From assembly GCA_041937175.2 (NCBI GenBank), contig CP166615.1:3680001-3744000 (forward strand): a DNA stretch of 64,000 nt, given 5' to 3'. Origin of the DNA: Limnothrix sp. BL-A-16 (GTDB taxonomy: Bacteria > Cyanobacteriota > Cyanobacteriia > CACIAM-69d). A program made the position numbers and the translations under genes. Of this stretch, positions 39,941 through 50,015 are shown in pieces (within the stretch, counting starts at the first letter, position 1; the number at the start of each line of letters is the position of its first letter). Below the pieces are notes generated by a model. The model was given only the letters and a program-made list of their open reading frames with translations. It had not been told where the DNA came from and did not search any database.

Positions 39941-41278
39941 ATGAGTGACAAGAGCCTATGCCCCCCGGTGTTGCATGAGCCGGCCAGTTCGTCCTTGGGG
40001 CTGGAGGCAACCCTGGCGGATTTACCCAGCTATGACTGCGTGGTGGATGTGACGGTTTCGGGGTTTGCGCTGGCGAGCTGGCTGGCCCGTTATCCCCGGG
40101 TTCCCGGGGCGATCGTCATGGATCGCGGCCGACTGGAGGGGGTGATTACCCGCCAGCAATTATTGGAGTTTGCCATTCGGCCCTCGGGGGCAACCATCCT
40201 GGAGCAACCGTTGCAGGCCCTGTGGGGCTATTTGGAGCGGGATTGCCTAACTTTGCCGGTGGAGTTACCGATCGTCCAGGCCATGAAACGGGCCGTGAGC
40301 CGCACGATCGGGCTGTTGACGGATCCGATCGTGGTGCAATGCGCCGAAGGCCCTCGGCTGCTAGACACACGCGCTTTGATTGTGGCGGATTGGCAAATTC
40401 GCGGCATTGAAACCCAGGCTCGCTATGAGCGAATGCAGCTCCAGGCGATTCAAAACGACAAGTTAGCCAGCCTGGGGCGGTTGGTGGATGGGGTGGCGCA
40501 CCAAATTCTGGATCCGGTGGGGTTCATTTGGGGCAACCTGAGCCATCTGGGATCCTATGGGGAGCAGTTGGTGCAGTTGGTGGATGCCTACCGAGATTGG
40601 GCGGAGCAGTCTAAGCAACCCATCCCCTGGACGATCACCAACTTGGAAGAGTCGGTGGATTTTGACTTTTTGCGGGATGATTTGCCACTGTTGCTCAGTA
40701 GTTTGCGCAATGGAGCGGAACGGCTGAAGGCGATTGTCAGCAGTTTGCAAAATTTCTGTCATCTCGATGATGTCTATCCGCATCCAACGGATTTGCACCA
40801 ACGGCTGAATAGTATTGTGCTGCTGCTGCAAAGTCGGTTATCGGTACAGATTGAGTTTGTGCGCAATTACGGTTCGTTGCCGCCGGTTTGTTGCTATAGC
40901 AGTCAGATCGATCGGGCGTTGATGGCGGTGTTGGTGAATGCGGTGGATGTGCTGTTGGAGCGGGGAACGCGGGCCCAACTCAAGGCAGTGACCCTGAGCG
41001 CGGCGGAACAGCCCTACATTGAAATCAACACTTGGGTGGAACAGGATGCGGCAGCCCATTCCTGGGCGGTTGTGTCGATCGCGGATAATGGCCCCGGTTT
41101 GACGGCCATTCAGCGCCAGCAAATTTTGGAAAATTTCCAGCTCGATCGCCACCGGGTCAAGGAAACGGGCCTGACGGCGACCCATCACATCATCACGTCG
41201 CGCCATGGGGGGCAGTTGGATTTGCTCGATCGCCCCAGCGGTGGTCTGGAAGTGGTGATTCGGTTGCCTCTGGCCTAG
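39941..41278 (+). CDS. Sensor histidine kinase with N-terminal CBS-like domain
   Basis: KLASLG.LV.GVAHQI.DP H-box, N-box NAVD, DNGPG. Confidence 0.8.
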   Translation: MSDKSLCPPVLHEPASSSLGLEATLADLPSYDCVVDVTVSGFALASWLARYPRVPGAIVMDRGRLEGVITRQQLLEFAIRPSGATILEQPLQALWGYLERDCLTLPVELPIVQAMKRAVSRTIGLLTDPIVVQCAEGPRLLDTRALIVADWQIRGIETQARYERMQLQAIQNDKLASLGRLVDGVAHQILDPVGFIWGNLSHLGSYGEQLVQLVDAYRDWAEQSKQPIPWTITNLEESVDFDFLRDDLPLLLSSLRNGAERLKAIVSSLQNFCHLDDVYPHPTDLHQRLNSIVLLLQSRLSVQIEFVRNYGSLPPVCCYSSQIDRALMAVLVNAVDVLLERGTRAQLKAVTLSAAEQPYIEINTWVEQDAAAHSWAVVSIADNGPGLTAIQRQQILENFQLDRHRVKETGLTATHHIITSRHGGQLDLLDRPSGGLEVVIRLPLA

Positions 41279-41399
41279 GGAGCGGCGGTGGCCATGGGCC
41301 GCAACTGCGCCAATTGTCCCCATTCAGGCTGTTTAGGCTTGGATCCTTGGCTTAACATGGAAGCAACTCAATCAAAGGGTGATTGCTGCCCTGTGCGGT

Positions 41400-43325
41400 A
41401 TGGTTTGCTGCTTAAATCCGCACTGTCATCAACCGATGAATCGGGATGATGCCCAATTTTGCCAATCCTGCGGGGCAGCCTTGGTGGCACAGTTGCGCAA
41501 TCGCTATCAACCGGTGCGGCCGGTGGGGCAAGGGGGGTTTGGCCGCAGTTATTTGGCCATTGACCTCGATCGACTCCAGCAACCTTGCATCATCAAACAG
41601 TTTTCGCCCCAAGGCGGCAACCCGATTCACTCGATCGCCGGGGGTTCCATTAGTCGCGGTTTGTTGGCCACGGACTCCCTCACCGGCACGATCGCCCAAG
41701 ACAGCAGCTACGACAAATACGAGCAGCTCTTTGCCGAAGAGGCCCAACGGTTAGCGGAATTGGGCGAGCATCCGCAAATTCCCGCCCTCTATGCCTATTT
41801 TGCGGAAGGGGGCCGGCTTTATCTGGTGCAGCAGTTCATTGCGGGGGACACGTTGGCCCAGCGGGTGGCCCGCGTGGGCCCCTGGAGTGAGGCGGCCGTG
41901 CGATCGCTGCTGTTGGATTTGCTGCCGGTGTTGCAGTTTGTCCATGGCCGCAATGTAATTCATCGGGACATTAAGCCAGACAACATTGTGCTGCCGGAAT
42001 CGGGTGAAAAGCCGGTATTGATTGACTTTGGCGTGGCCAAGCAACTGACGGGTGAAACGGTGACCCGAGGAGGAACCCGGGTGGGCACGGAGGGCTACGC
42101 GCCCTTGGAACAACTGCGGAGTGGCCATGCCTACCCAGCGAGCGATCTTTACAGCCTGGCGGCTACGAGTTTGTTTGCGCTCACGGGCCATGCACCGGAG
42201 GAGTTGTTTGATCCGCTGGCGGGTCGGTGGGTATGGAGCGATCGCCTGCAAGAACAGGGGCGATCGATCGAACCCCAACTGGGCCAAGTGATCGATCGAC
42301 TGCTGAGCGATCGCGTCAGTGAGCGTTACCCCAGCGCCGAAGCCGTGATTGCCGCCCTGGGCGAAGGCGATGCATCCCCCTCAGCCGCGCCCAGCCCCTC
42401 GGTCACCCTGGATCTCGGGCGCTATAAGTGGCGGCCCACCGTCACAATCGCGGCCCACAGCGATCGAATCTGTGCCCTGGCCTTTAGTCCCAATGGGCAA
42501 TGGCTGGCCAGCGCCGGGGGCGATCGCCAAATTCGCCTTTGGCAATGGGCCACGAGCAACCTGCAGGCCGCCTGGGATGGCCATGATGGACGAATTACGG
42601 CCCTGCTGTTTAGTCCCGATGGGGAAAGTCTCATTTCTGCCAGCAGCGATCGCACCGTGCGGATTTGGCCCATCACCGGCGGCCCCGCTCACCATTGCCT
42701 CAAGCATCACCAAGATTGGGTCAGCGCGATCGCCCTCTCGCCCGATGGTCAAACCCTGGCCAGCAGCGGCGATGATGGGCGCTTGGTGCTGTGGAACTGG
42801 CGCAGCGGCGAACTGCTCCACAGTTGGCGTGCCCACAGCCGACCGATTCCGGCCCTGGCCTGGAGCCACGATGGCCAGGTGCTAATTGGGGGATGCAGCG
42901 ATGGGCTAATTGGCTTTTGGGATGCCCGATCGGGCGATCGGCTCCACAGTTTGCAACAACACTTGGGTCGAATTTGCGCCCTGCAAGTCACCTCCGACGG
43001 CCAATGGCTGATCAGCGCTGGTGAAGACAAAACCATCAAGCTCTGGCCCCTGCAAGCCGGTCAACCCAGCAACGACAAACCCCAGCACATTTTCCGCGAC
43101 AGCACCGAAGCAGTCTTTGCCCTGGCCGTTGCGCCCCATACGGGCCTGCTGATTGCGGGTGGAGAAGATCGCAAGGTCTATTGCTGGAACCTGGCCAACC
43201 AGGAACTATTACAGGTGATGAAGGGCCATGATTGGTGGGTGAATGCGGTGGCGATCGCCCCCGATGGGTTGACCTTGGCCAGCGGCAGCGGCGATCAGAC
43301 GATCCAAATTTGGCAACCCACCTAA
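41400..43325 (+). CDS. Ser/Thr protein kinase with N-terminal 4-Cys motif and C-terminal WD40 repeats
   Basis: CLNP.C...C..CG; GQGGFG, HRDIKPDN, DFG, GYAPLE; seven WD40 repeats. Confidence 0.92.
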   Translation: MVCCLNPHCHQPMNRDDAQFCQSCGAALVAQLRNRYQPVRPVGQGGFGRSYLAIDLDRLQQPCIIKQFSPQGGNPIHSIAGGSISRGLLATDSLTGTIAQDSSYDKYEQLFAEEAQRLAELGEHPQIPALYAYFAEGGRLYLVQQFIAGDTLAQRVARVGPWSEAAVRSLLLDLLPVLQFVHGRNVIHRDIKPDNIVLPESGEKPVLIDFGVAKQLTGETVTRGGTRVGTEGYAPLEQLRSGHAYPASDLYSLAATSLFALTGHAPEELFDPLAGRWVWSDRLQEQGRSIEPQLGQVIDRLLSDRVSERYPSAEAVIAALGEGDASPSAAPSPSVTLDLGRYKWRPTVTIAAHSDRICALAFSPNGQWLASAGGDRQIRLWQWATSNLQAAWDGHDGRITALLFSPDGESLISASSDRTVRIWPITGGPAHHCLKHHQDWVSAIALSPDGQTLASSGDDGRLVLWNWRSGELLHSWRAHSRPIPALAWSHDGQVLIGGCSDGLIGFWDARSGDRLHSLQQHLGRICALQVTSDGQWLISAGEDKTIKLWPLQAGQPSNDKPQHIFRDSTEAVFALAVAPHTGLLIAGGEDRKVYCWNLANQELLQVMKGHDWWVNAVAIAPDGLTLASGSGDQTIQIWQPT

Positions 43326-43588
43326 GGCCAGCTCAAGGCCAAACTCAGTCCAACAACCGCCAGCCCGTTCAACAGGCGGTGATCTTGACCAATACCCAAG
43401 ATCCGGGGGGCAACTCCCCAATTCACCGATCATCTGCAAAACGGGACTTTCAGCAACTTCCGTTGCCAAACCCCTTAAACTAAGGGCTAGTTTGGCAGGC
43501 CCAGCCCGGGCCGTCGATCATCGTTATCGCCCCACCATGCCGTAACGCAATTTATTCCAAGCAAGACGACCGATGAGGAGGATCGAGC

Positions 43589-44998
43589 ATGGCCACTGAG
43601 CAAGAGCTGGACATGAATTCGGCTCAGGGGATTTCTCGGCGGGAACTCCGCGACCTCGTACGCGAACAATTGCGAGTCCTCTTGGAGCAAAACAACCTGA
43701 CCGGTGCCAAGGCACTGTTGGTTCCCGTCAAAGCCCCTGACATTGCCGAGGCGATCGAGGGTTTACCCGAAACCATGCAGGCCCTAGCCTTTCGGCTCTT
43801 GCCCAAGGACGATGCGGCGGAAGTTTATGAACACCTAGAATCCAACGTTCAACAACTGTTGATTGAAGACTTCAAACGCCAAGAAGTCTTGGATATTGTC
43901 GATAAAATGTCGCCGGACGATCGGGCCAAGCTCTTTGACGAATTGCCCGCCAAACTGGCGCGGCGGATTGTGGACCAACTGAGCCATGCGGAACGGGAAG
44001 CCACCGCCCTGCTGTTGGGTTACGAAGCCAGCACCGCCGGCCGGATCATGACCCCCAAATACATTTCCCTGAAAGAGGAAATGACCGTTGATGATGCCCT
44101 GGCTCGGATTCGCCGCCTCGCGGACACCACGGAGACTATCTATTACCTCTACGTGACCGATAACACCCGCTGCCTGACGGGCATTGTTTCCCTGCGGGAT
44201 ATCGTCACCTCCCATCCACAACAGTTGGTGAGCGAGCTGGTCACTCGGGATGTGGTCAGCGTCACCACCGATGAAGACCAAGAGGAAGTGGCCCGCATTA
44301 TCCAGCGCTACGACTTTTTGGCCGTGCCCGTGGTCGATCGGGAAAACCGTCTGGTGGGTATCGTCACCGTGGACGACGTGATCGACATTTTGGAAGAAGA
44401 AGCCACCAAAGACATCTACGCCTTGGGCGGTGTGCAAGCCGGTGATGATGACTATTTCCAAACCAACCTGGTGACCGTGGCCCAGCGGCGGGTGGTTTGG
44501 TTGTTGGTGTTGTTGGTCACCAATGCGGTCACCGGGGCCATTATTCGCGGCCAAGACGACATCCTGAAACAGGTGGTGTCCTTGGCTTCCTTCATCCCGC
44601 TGCTGATTGGGACGGGCGGGAACGTGGGAGCCCAGTCCTCCACCGTGGTGATTCGGGGACTGAACATTGACCAGATTCGATCGGGGCCCCTGCGGGTGAT
44701 TCGCCGGGAAGCCGTAGCCGGGGCCCTGCTGGGCATGATGCTCGGAACAATGGTTTGCGTGGGGGCTTTGCTGTTTCAATATCCGCCCGCCGTCGCCATT
44801 TCCGTGGGCGTGAGCCTGATGGCCATTTCCACCTTGGCGGCCACGGCGGGATCGGTCTTGCCCTTTTTGTTCCAGAGCGTGGGCTTTGACCCGGCCCTGA
44901 TGTCAGCCCCCTTCATCACCACAGCGGTGGACATGCTGGGGGTTTTGACCTATTTCACCGTGGCGCGGTTCATGTTGGCCCGCTTCCACGGGGGCTGA
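43589..44998 (+). CDS. mgtE: Magnesium transporter MgtE
   Basis: MgtE_N and CBS pair (TAGRIMT), GGNVGAQ, DPALMSAPFITT.VD. Confidence 0.95.
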   Translation: MATEQELDMNSAQGISRRELRDLVREQLRVLLEQNNLTGAKALLVPVKAPDIAEAIEGLPETMQALAFRLLPKDDAAEVYEHLESNVQQLLIEDFKRQEVLDIVDKMSPDDRAKLFDELPAKLARRIVDQLSHAEREATALLLGYEASTAGRIMTPKYISLKEEMTVDDALARIRRLADTTETIYYLYVTDNTRCLTGIVSLRDIVTSHPQQLVSELVTRDVVSVTTDEDQEEVARIIQRYDFLAVPVVDRENRLVGIVTVDDVIDILEEEATKDIYALGGVQAGDDDYFQTNLVTVAQRRVVWLLVLLVTNAVTGAIIRGQDDILKQVVSLASFIPLLIGTGGNVGAQSSTVVIRGLNIDQIRSGPLRVIRREAVAGALLGMMLGTMVCVGALLFQYPPAVAISVGVSLMAISTLAATAGSVLPFLFQSVGFDPALMSAPFITTAVDMLGVLTYFTVARFMLARFHGG

Positions 44999-45005
44999 AG
45001 CGTAA

Positions 45006-46178
45006 CTAGCGACTCATCACTTGCTCCAGGGCCTTCAACAGGGTCAGCACCGTTTCGGGCCGACTGTTAAAGCCCATCAGCCCCACTCGCCAGACCTTGC
45101 CGGCCAATTCGCCCAAGCCGCCGCCAATTTCGATGTTGTAATCCTCCAGCAGGCGACGGCCTACGGCCTTGGCATCCACCCCCTCGGGTACACAAACGGT
45201 GGTCAACGACGGTAGGCGAATCTCTTCGGCCACCTGGCATTTCAGCCCCATGGCCGCCAGCCCATCCCACAGCAGCCGCGCATTATCGGTATGGCGTTGC
45301 CAGCGAGCTTCGAGGCCCTCTTCGGCCACCAGGCGCAGGGCTTCCCGCAGGGCGTAGTTCATGTTGATCGGGGCGGTATGGTGGTAGGTGCGATCGCTCC
45401 CCCAATATTTGCCCACCAGCGCCATGTCGAGATACCAGTTAGCCACGGGGGTTTTGCGGGCCCGCAGCTTGGCCAAGGCCCGATCGCCCAGGGTGAAGGG
45501 CGAAATTCCCGGCGGACAGCTCAAGCACTTTTGACTACCGCTGTAGGCCGCATCCACGCCCCAAACATCCAAAAACAGCGGCACACCGCCCAAGCTGGTG
45601 ACCGTATCCACCAACAACAGGCAGTCAAATTCCCGGCAGAGATCGCTCACGCCTTCGAGGGGTTGCCGGGCCCCGGTGGAGGTTTCCGCATGAACTAACC
45701 CGAGGATTGCCGGCCGGTGGGTTTCCAAGGCCGATCGCAGCTCCGACAACGAGAATGCCTCGCCCCAGGGTCGGTGAATTTGCCGCACTTCCGCACCGTA
45801 GCGGCTGGCCATGTCGCTCATCCGATGGCCAAAGTAGCCATTCACCCCCACCAACACCACGTCTCCCGGTTCCACCAAATTGGCGAGGGTGGCTTCCATG
45901 GCGGCGCTGCCCGTGCCACTGACCGGAATCGTGAGGGCGTTGTCCGTTTGCCAGGCGTAGCGCAGCAGCTCTTGCACCTCGTTCATCAGCTCAATGAAAC
46001 GCGGGTCAAGGTGGCCCACTTGCCGCATCCCGATCGCCTGGAGCACCCGGGGGTGAGCATTCGAGGGGCCAGGCCCCAACAGCAGACGCGGCGGCACGTT
46101 CAGTTGGCTGGTTTGCAGACGGTGGCGATCGCTAACGGTGGGCGCGGAGGCGGTGGGGTTGGGGACTGCGGCAATCAT
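45006..46178 (-). CDS. Alanine-glyoxylate / serine-pyruvate aminotransferase (class V PLP)
   Basis: LLLGPGPS, GTGSAAME, HAETSTG, DTVTS, SQKCLS, YHHT. Confidence 0.9.
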   Translation of the reverse strand: MIAAVPNPTASAPTVSDRHRLQTSQLNVPPRLLLGPGPSNAHPRVLQAIGMRQVGHLDPRFIELMNEVQELLRYAWQTDNALTIPVSGTGSAAMEATLANLVEPGDVVLVGVNGYFGHRMSDMASRYGAEVRQIHRPWGEAFSLSELRSALETHRPAILGLVHAETSTGARQPLEGVSDLCREFDCLLLVDTVTSLGGVPLFLDVWGVDAAYSGSQKCLSCPPGISPFTLGDRALAKLRARKTPVANWYLDMALVGKYWGSDRTYHHTAPINMNYALREALRLVAEEGLEARWQRHTDNARLLWDGLAAMGLKCQVAEEIRLPSLTTVCVPEGVDAKAVGRRLLEDYNIEIGGGLGELAGKVWRVGLMGFNSRPETVLTLLKALEQVMSR

Positions 46179-46269
46179 AAGGCTCTAAAAAACAGGTCTT
46201 TTATGATTGACCCATGATAAAAGCTGGCCGATCGCCCAACGATGAAGCCTGATTAAGATTTTTTGGCCC

Positions 46270-47094
46270 CTAGCTTGAGCGCAAACTCAGCCGCTGCAAC
46301 TCGTGATCGACCAACAGCCACAACTGACGATTGCGGGGGTCGGTGTTGAGGGCTTTTTTCAAATAGGTTTCGGCACGGCTGCCCTGGCCTCGGTTAATGA
46401 GTTCCCGGCCCCAACGGTGATAGGCGATCGCCAGCCACTGTTTCACCTCTTCATCCCGATCGAGCCGTTGGGCCAACCCCTCCGCCAGGGCGATCGCGCT
46501 GGGGAATCGGCCCCCCTGGAACAGCTCCTGTAATCGGCGGAACGCATTTTCCTTTAACTCTTGCTCAAAGGGCGACAGGGACGGATTCACCTGCACCTGA
46601 GGCTGAGTGACCGATCGCGCGGTCGATCGTGCGGTTGATTGGTAGCGATTAGACTGAGCCGCTGGGTTAGTTGCTGGATTAGACGCTGGGTCAGGCGCTT
46701 GATTGGTTGCTGGGCGAGTTGCTGAGTTAGGCGCTGAGTTAGTCGCTGAGTTAGGCGCTGGGGCAGGTTCCCGAGGCGGCGGCGGGGATGCGGCCGGTGG
46801 GGGTGGGGACTGGGGCGATCGGGCCGCGGGCGGCGGCGGGGACGGCGCAGCAACCGTAGCCGACGACGACCCAGACCAAGGAACCGTTGCACTGGGCCGC
46901 CCCGATCGCTCCATCAGGGCCCGGTAGGCCTGGGCCAAGGTCGCAAAGGTTTCTGCCGAAGCCGATCGATGGCCCGAATCGGGATGGTAGCGCCGGGCCA
47001 GCCGCCGATAGGCCCGCTTGATATCTGTCACCGGCGCACCCGGCGGCAGTTCCAGCAGTCGATAGCAGTCCCGCACCGTCAAGGCCATAGCCAC
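46270..47094 (-). CDS. J-domain protein with Pro-rich linker and TPR-like C-terminus
   Basis: HPD motif; 12-bp repeat-encoded linker (APNS/ATNS); helical TPR-like tail. Confidence 0.8.
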   Translation of the reverse strand: MAMALTVRDCYRLLELPPGAPVTDIKRAYRRLARRYHPDSGHRSASAETFATLAQAYRALMERSGRPSATVPWSGSSSATVAAPSPPPPAARSPQSPPPPAASPPPPREPAPAPNSATNSAPNSATRPATNQAPDPASNPATNPAAQSNRYQSTARSTARSVTQPQVQVNPSLSPFEQELKENAFRRLQELFQGGRFPSAIALAEGLAQRLDRDEEVKQWLAIAYHRWGRELINRGQGSRAETYLKKALNTDPRNRQLWLLVDHELQRLSLRSS

Positions 47095-47321
47095 CTCAGT
47101 TCCTCACCCAAAATCCTGGCGAGCACCCCAAACCCTTTTAAAAATAACCGATCGAACCCCGTTGCCACGATTCAACCCAATTACGGGTCAAAGATGAGGG
47201 GCGATCGACTCGCTCTCGAATCGATCGCCCCGTGGCAAACCCTGCCGTGATCGGGCAAGGGGCAGAGATCAAACAAGGGGCTTAAGCCCCTTGTCTACCG
47301 TGGTCGAAGTAACGACCGGCC

Positions 47322-47918
47322 CTAGTCCCGCGACTCAATCACCCGATCGATCAAGCCGTAGTCCTTCGACTCTTCCGCCGACAGCCAATAATCCCGCTCC
47401 GTATCCTTCTTCACCTTCTCCAGGCTTTGGCCCGTCCGCAGCGCCAGGATTTCATCCAACTGGCTGCGGGTTTTCAGAATTTCCTTGGCCTCAATGTCAA
47501 TATCCGTGGCTTGGCCGCGGAAACCGCCCATACTCGGCTGGTGAATCATGATCCGGGCATGGGGCAGCGCCAACCGCTTGCCCTTGGCCCCGGCCGCCAG
47601 CAGGAAGGCCCCCATCGAGGCCGCCAAGCCCACGCACACCGTCACCACGTCGGATTTGATGTGCTGCATCGTGTCATAAATCGCCATCCCCGCCGTTACC
47701 GAACCACCCGGCGAGTTGATGTACAGCACAATGTCCTTGCTGTTGTCTTCCGAGTCGAGATAGAGCATCACCGCCACGATTTCGTTGGCGATTTCGTCGT
47801 CCACCTCTTTACCCAAAAAGATGATCCGCTCCTGGTACAGGCGGTTATAGATGCTGATCCACTGGGTGTATTGGCTACCCGGCAGACGATAGGGAACTTG
47901 GGGAATGCCAATCGGCAT
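47322..47918 (-). CDS. clpP: ATP-dependent Clp protease proteolytic subunit (ClpP3 type)
   Basis: MPIGIP.V, YINSPGG, GLAASMG (Ser), MIHQP (His). Confidence 0.95.
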   Translation of the reverse strand: MPIGIPQVPYRLPGSQYTQWISIYNRLYQERIIFLGKEVDDEIANEIVAVMLYLDSEDNSKDIVLYINSPGGSVTAGMAIYDTMQHIKSDVVTVCVGLAASMGAFLLAAGAKGKRLALPHARIMIHQPSMGGFRGQATDIDIEAKEILKTRSQLDEILALRTGQSLEKVKKDTERDYWLSAEESKDYGLIDRVIESRD

Positions 47919-47998
47919 AGGATCGAGACTCCTTCTTCAAATGGCTGACTAGTGGGTGGTTGGATGGATTGGGAGCGTCATCAGGGCGATCGGGCAAC

Positions 47999-48643
47999 CT
48001 AGCCCAACCCCACCGAATTCACCACCGGCTTAGGCAGCCCCTCCGATGATTCTAGGATCGTGTCAATGATCCCGTATTCCTTCGCTTCAGCCGGAGTCAT
48101 GTAGAACCGGCGATTCATGTCTTTGGTGAGCTTGTCAGTGGTTTGCCCGGTGCATTCCGACAAAATATCCAGCATCACCCGCTTGTTGCGCAGCACCTCT
48201 TCCGCCTGGATTTGAATGTCCGTGGCCTGACCGCGCGCGCCGCCTTGGGGTTGTTGCAGCACAATCTTGGAGTTGGGCAAACTGGCCCGACAGCCCTTCG
48301 TGCCCGCCGCGAGCAACATGGCCGATGTGCCCGCCGCCAAGCCCAGGCAAATGGTGTGTACCGGCGGCTTGATGTAGCGCATCGTGTCACAGATGGCAAA
48401 GGCATCCGTCTCGAAGCCCAAGTTGCCGAAGGAGTTGATGTAGATCCGAATCGGCTTTTCGGGGTCGTCGTATTGCAAATACAACAGCTCGGCAATAATC
48501 AGCTCGGTGACGGCAGGTACGAGGGGCATTCCCAAGTAAACGATCCGCTCCTTGAGCAACAGGGAGGGAAGGTCTGGCGGGGGAGTCCGGTACGCGGTAT
48601 CGCCGTAGTAGGGCGCTTGAACGGCCTCGATCTTGGGAGTCAT
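47999..48643 (-). CDS. clpR: Non-catalytic Clp subunit ClpR
   Basis: TPPPDLPSLLLKERIVYLG; catalytic Ser and His replaced (LAAGT, LQQP); directly upstream of clpP. Confidence 0.9.
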   Translation of the reverse strand: MTPKIEAVQAPYYGDTAYRTPPPDLPSLLLKERIVYLGMPLVPAVTELIIAELLYLQYDDPEKPIRIYINSFGNLGFETDAFAICDTMRYIKPPVHTICLGLAAGTSAMLLAAGTKGCRASLPNSKIVLQQPQGGARGQATDIQIQAEEVLRNKRVMLDILSECTGQTTDKLTKDMNRRFYMTPAEAKEYGIIDTILESSEGLPKPVVNSVGLG

Positions 48644-48804
48644 CGGCAGATTCAGAAAATTCAGGGCGCTGCTGCGCAAACAGCAGTCATACTTCCAAAA
48701 TACTAACGCGCAACGCTGACGGCCGGTTGAGTCTAGGCTTGGCGGTTCTCTGGGCAATGGGGGACGGTTGGGCGATCGGTCAGCGCGATCGCCCCAAGGG
48801 GTGG

Positions 48805-49602
48805 TTAATCGATCGCCAAATCCAACACCACGGGCGTGTGGTCGCTGGGCTTTTCGAGTTTGCGCGGCTCAAGATCAATATCGCAATGGCGGGCAGCGGG
48901 AATCAAGGCTGGTGACAAATACAAATGGTCAATCCGCCAGCCGCGATTGCGTTGGAACCCCCCCGATCGATAGTCCCACCAACTGAAGCGATCGCTCTGA
49001 TCACAAAACAACCGAAAAGCATCCTGAAAACCCAAGTCAAAAACGCTATTTTTCAGGGCTGCTCGCTCATCGTCGGAGGACATAATATGGGTTTCGCGGT
49101 TTTTGGGATTATGAATATCGCGATCTTCATAGGCAATATTAAAATCACCGCAAACACAAATTTTGGAATGCTGGGTTAATAATTCCGTCAAGTAGGTTTT
49201 GAGTAACGCCAACCAACGCAATTTATAGGCATATTTTTCACTGCCAATTTCAGAACCATTGGGCACGTAGAGATCGACCAAAACCAAATCGCCCGATCGA
49301 ACTGCGATCACCCGTTTTTGATCATCTAAATCACCCACTAATTCCGAATCTAAAACCGCACCAAACCCAATCAAACATTGATCGATCGGTTGCCGACTAG
49401 CGATCGCCACGCCGTTGTAGCTCTTTTGTCCCGAAATTTCCAGGTGATAGCCCAAATCCGTAAAAGCCGATCGGGGAAAGTCGCTATCAATTACCTTGGT
49501 TTCCTGTAAACAAAGAAAATCCACAGGATTTGCTTGCAGCCAACCGGTGACATGATCGAGGCGCGATCGAACAGAATTAACGTTCCAAGTGGCGATTTTC
49601 AT
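48805..49602 (-). CDS. xth: Exodeoxyribonuclease III
   Basis: ATWNVNS, LQETK, YVPNG, GDFNIA, WWDYR, RIDH, SDHTP. Confidence 0.95.
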   Translation of the reverse strand: MKIATWNVNSVRSRLDHVTGWLQANPVDFLCLQETKVIDSDFPRSAFTDLGYHLEISGQKSYNGVAIASRQPIDQCLIGFGAVLDSELVGDLDDQKRVIAVRSGDLVLVDLYVPNGSEIGSEKYAYKLRWLALLKTYLTELLTQHSKICVCGDFNIAYEDRDIHNPKNRETHIMSSDDERAALKNSVFDLGFQDAFRLFCDQSDRFSWWDYRSGGFQRNRGWRIDHLYLSPALIPAARHCDIDLEPRKLEKPSDHTPVVLDLAID

Positions 49603-49633
49603 AGGGGCGATCAGGCTCTTAGCTGTAGCTGAA

Positions 49634-49818
49634 GGGGCAAGGGGCTTAAGCCCCTTGTCTACTATTTTGGGTTAATCCATCGGAGGATTCAGGATGTTAA
49701 TCGTAGTCACTGGGGCAAGGGGCTTAAGCCCCTTGTCTACTATTTTGGGGTTAACCGATCGGAGGATACAGGGTGTGAATCATGGTTACTGGAGCAAGGG
49801 GCTTAAGCCCCTTGTCTA
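49634..49818. repeat. Tandem repeat, 78-79 bp unit, three copies of the palindrome CAAGGGGCTTAAGCCCCTTG
   Basis: Palindromes at 49638, 49716 and 49795; the two intervening sequences are homologous to each other. Confidence 0.85.
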
Positions 49819-50015
49819 TGCTTTTGAAATTCACTGGTCATGTTATTTATTCACCAGTGATTAGCCTCAAGATTTGATTGATGGTCTTGGCATTAACAAG
49901 GGATGAGAATCGGGTTTAAACCCTGATCTTGGCCCCAAAGCTTTCCCAGAATACCGCTACAGTCGGGCCCGCGCCCGTACAATAGACCCCGGACATGAAT
50001 TTTTTGTAGCATCCC

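Noticed and set aside
46650..46760. 12-bp tandem repeats in the J-domain gene (similar short repeats at the devA start and at 30081-30147)
   Set aside because: Low-complexity slippage repeats in linkers or spacers; no sign of phase variation or separate function
47999..48643. ClpP homologue lacking catalytic residues as a pseudogene
   Set aside because: This is the normal non-catalytic ClpR, paired with ClpP3
49634..49818. Possible mini-CRISPR array (three palindromic repeats, regular spacing)
   Set aside because: The spacers are about 58 bp and homologous to each other, the repeat is dispersed singly across the window, and there are no cas genes
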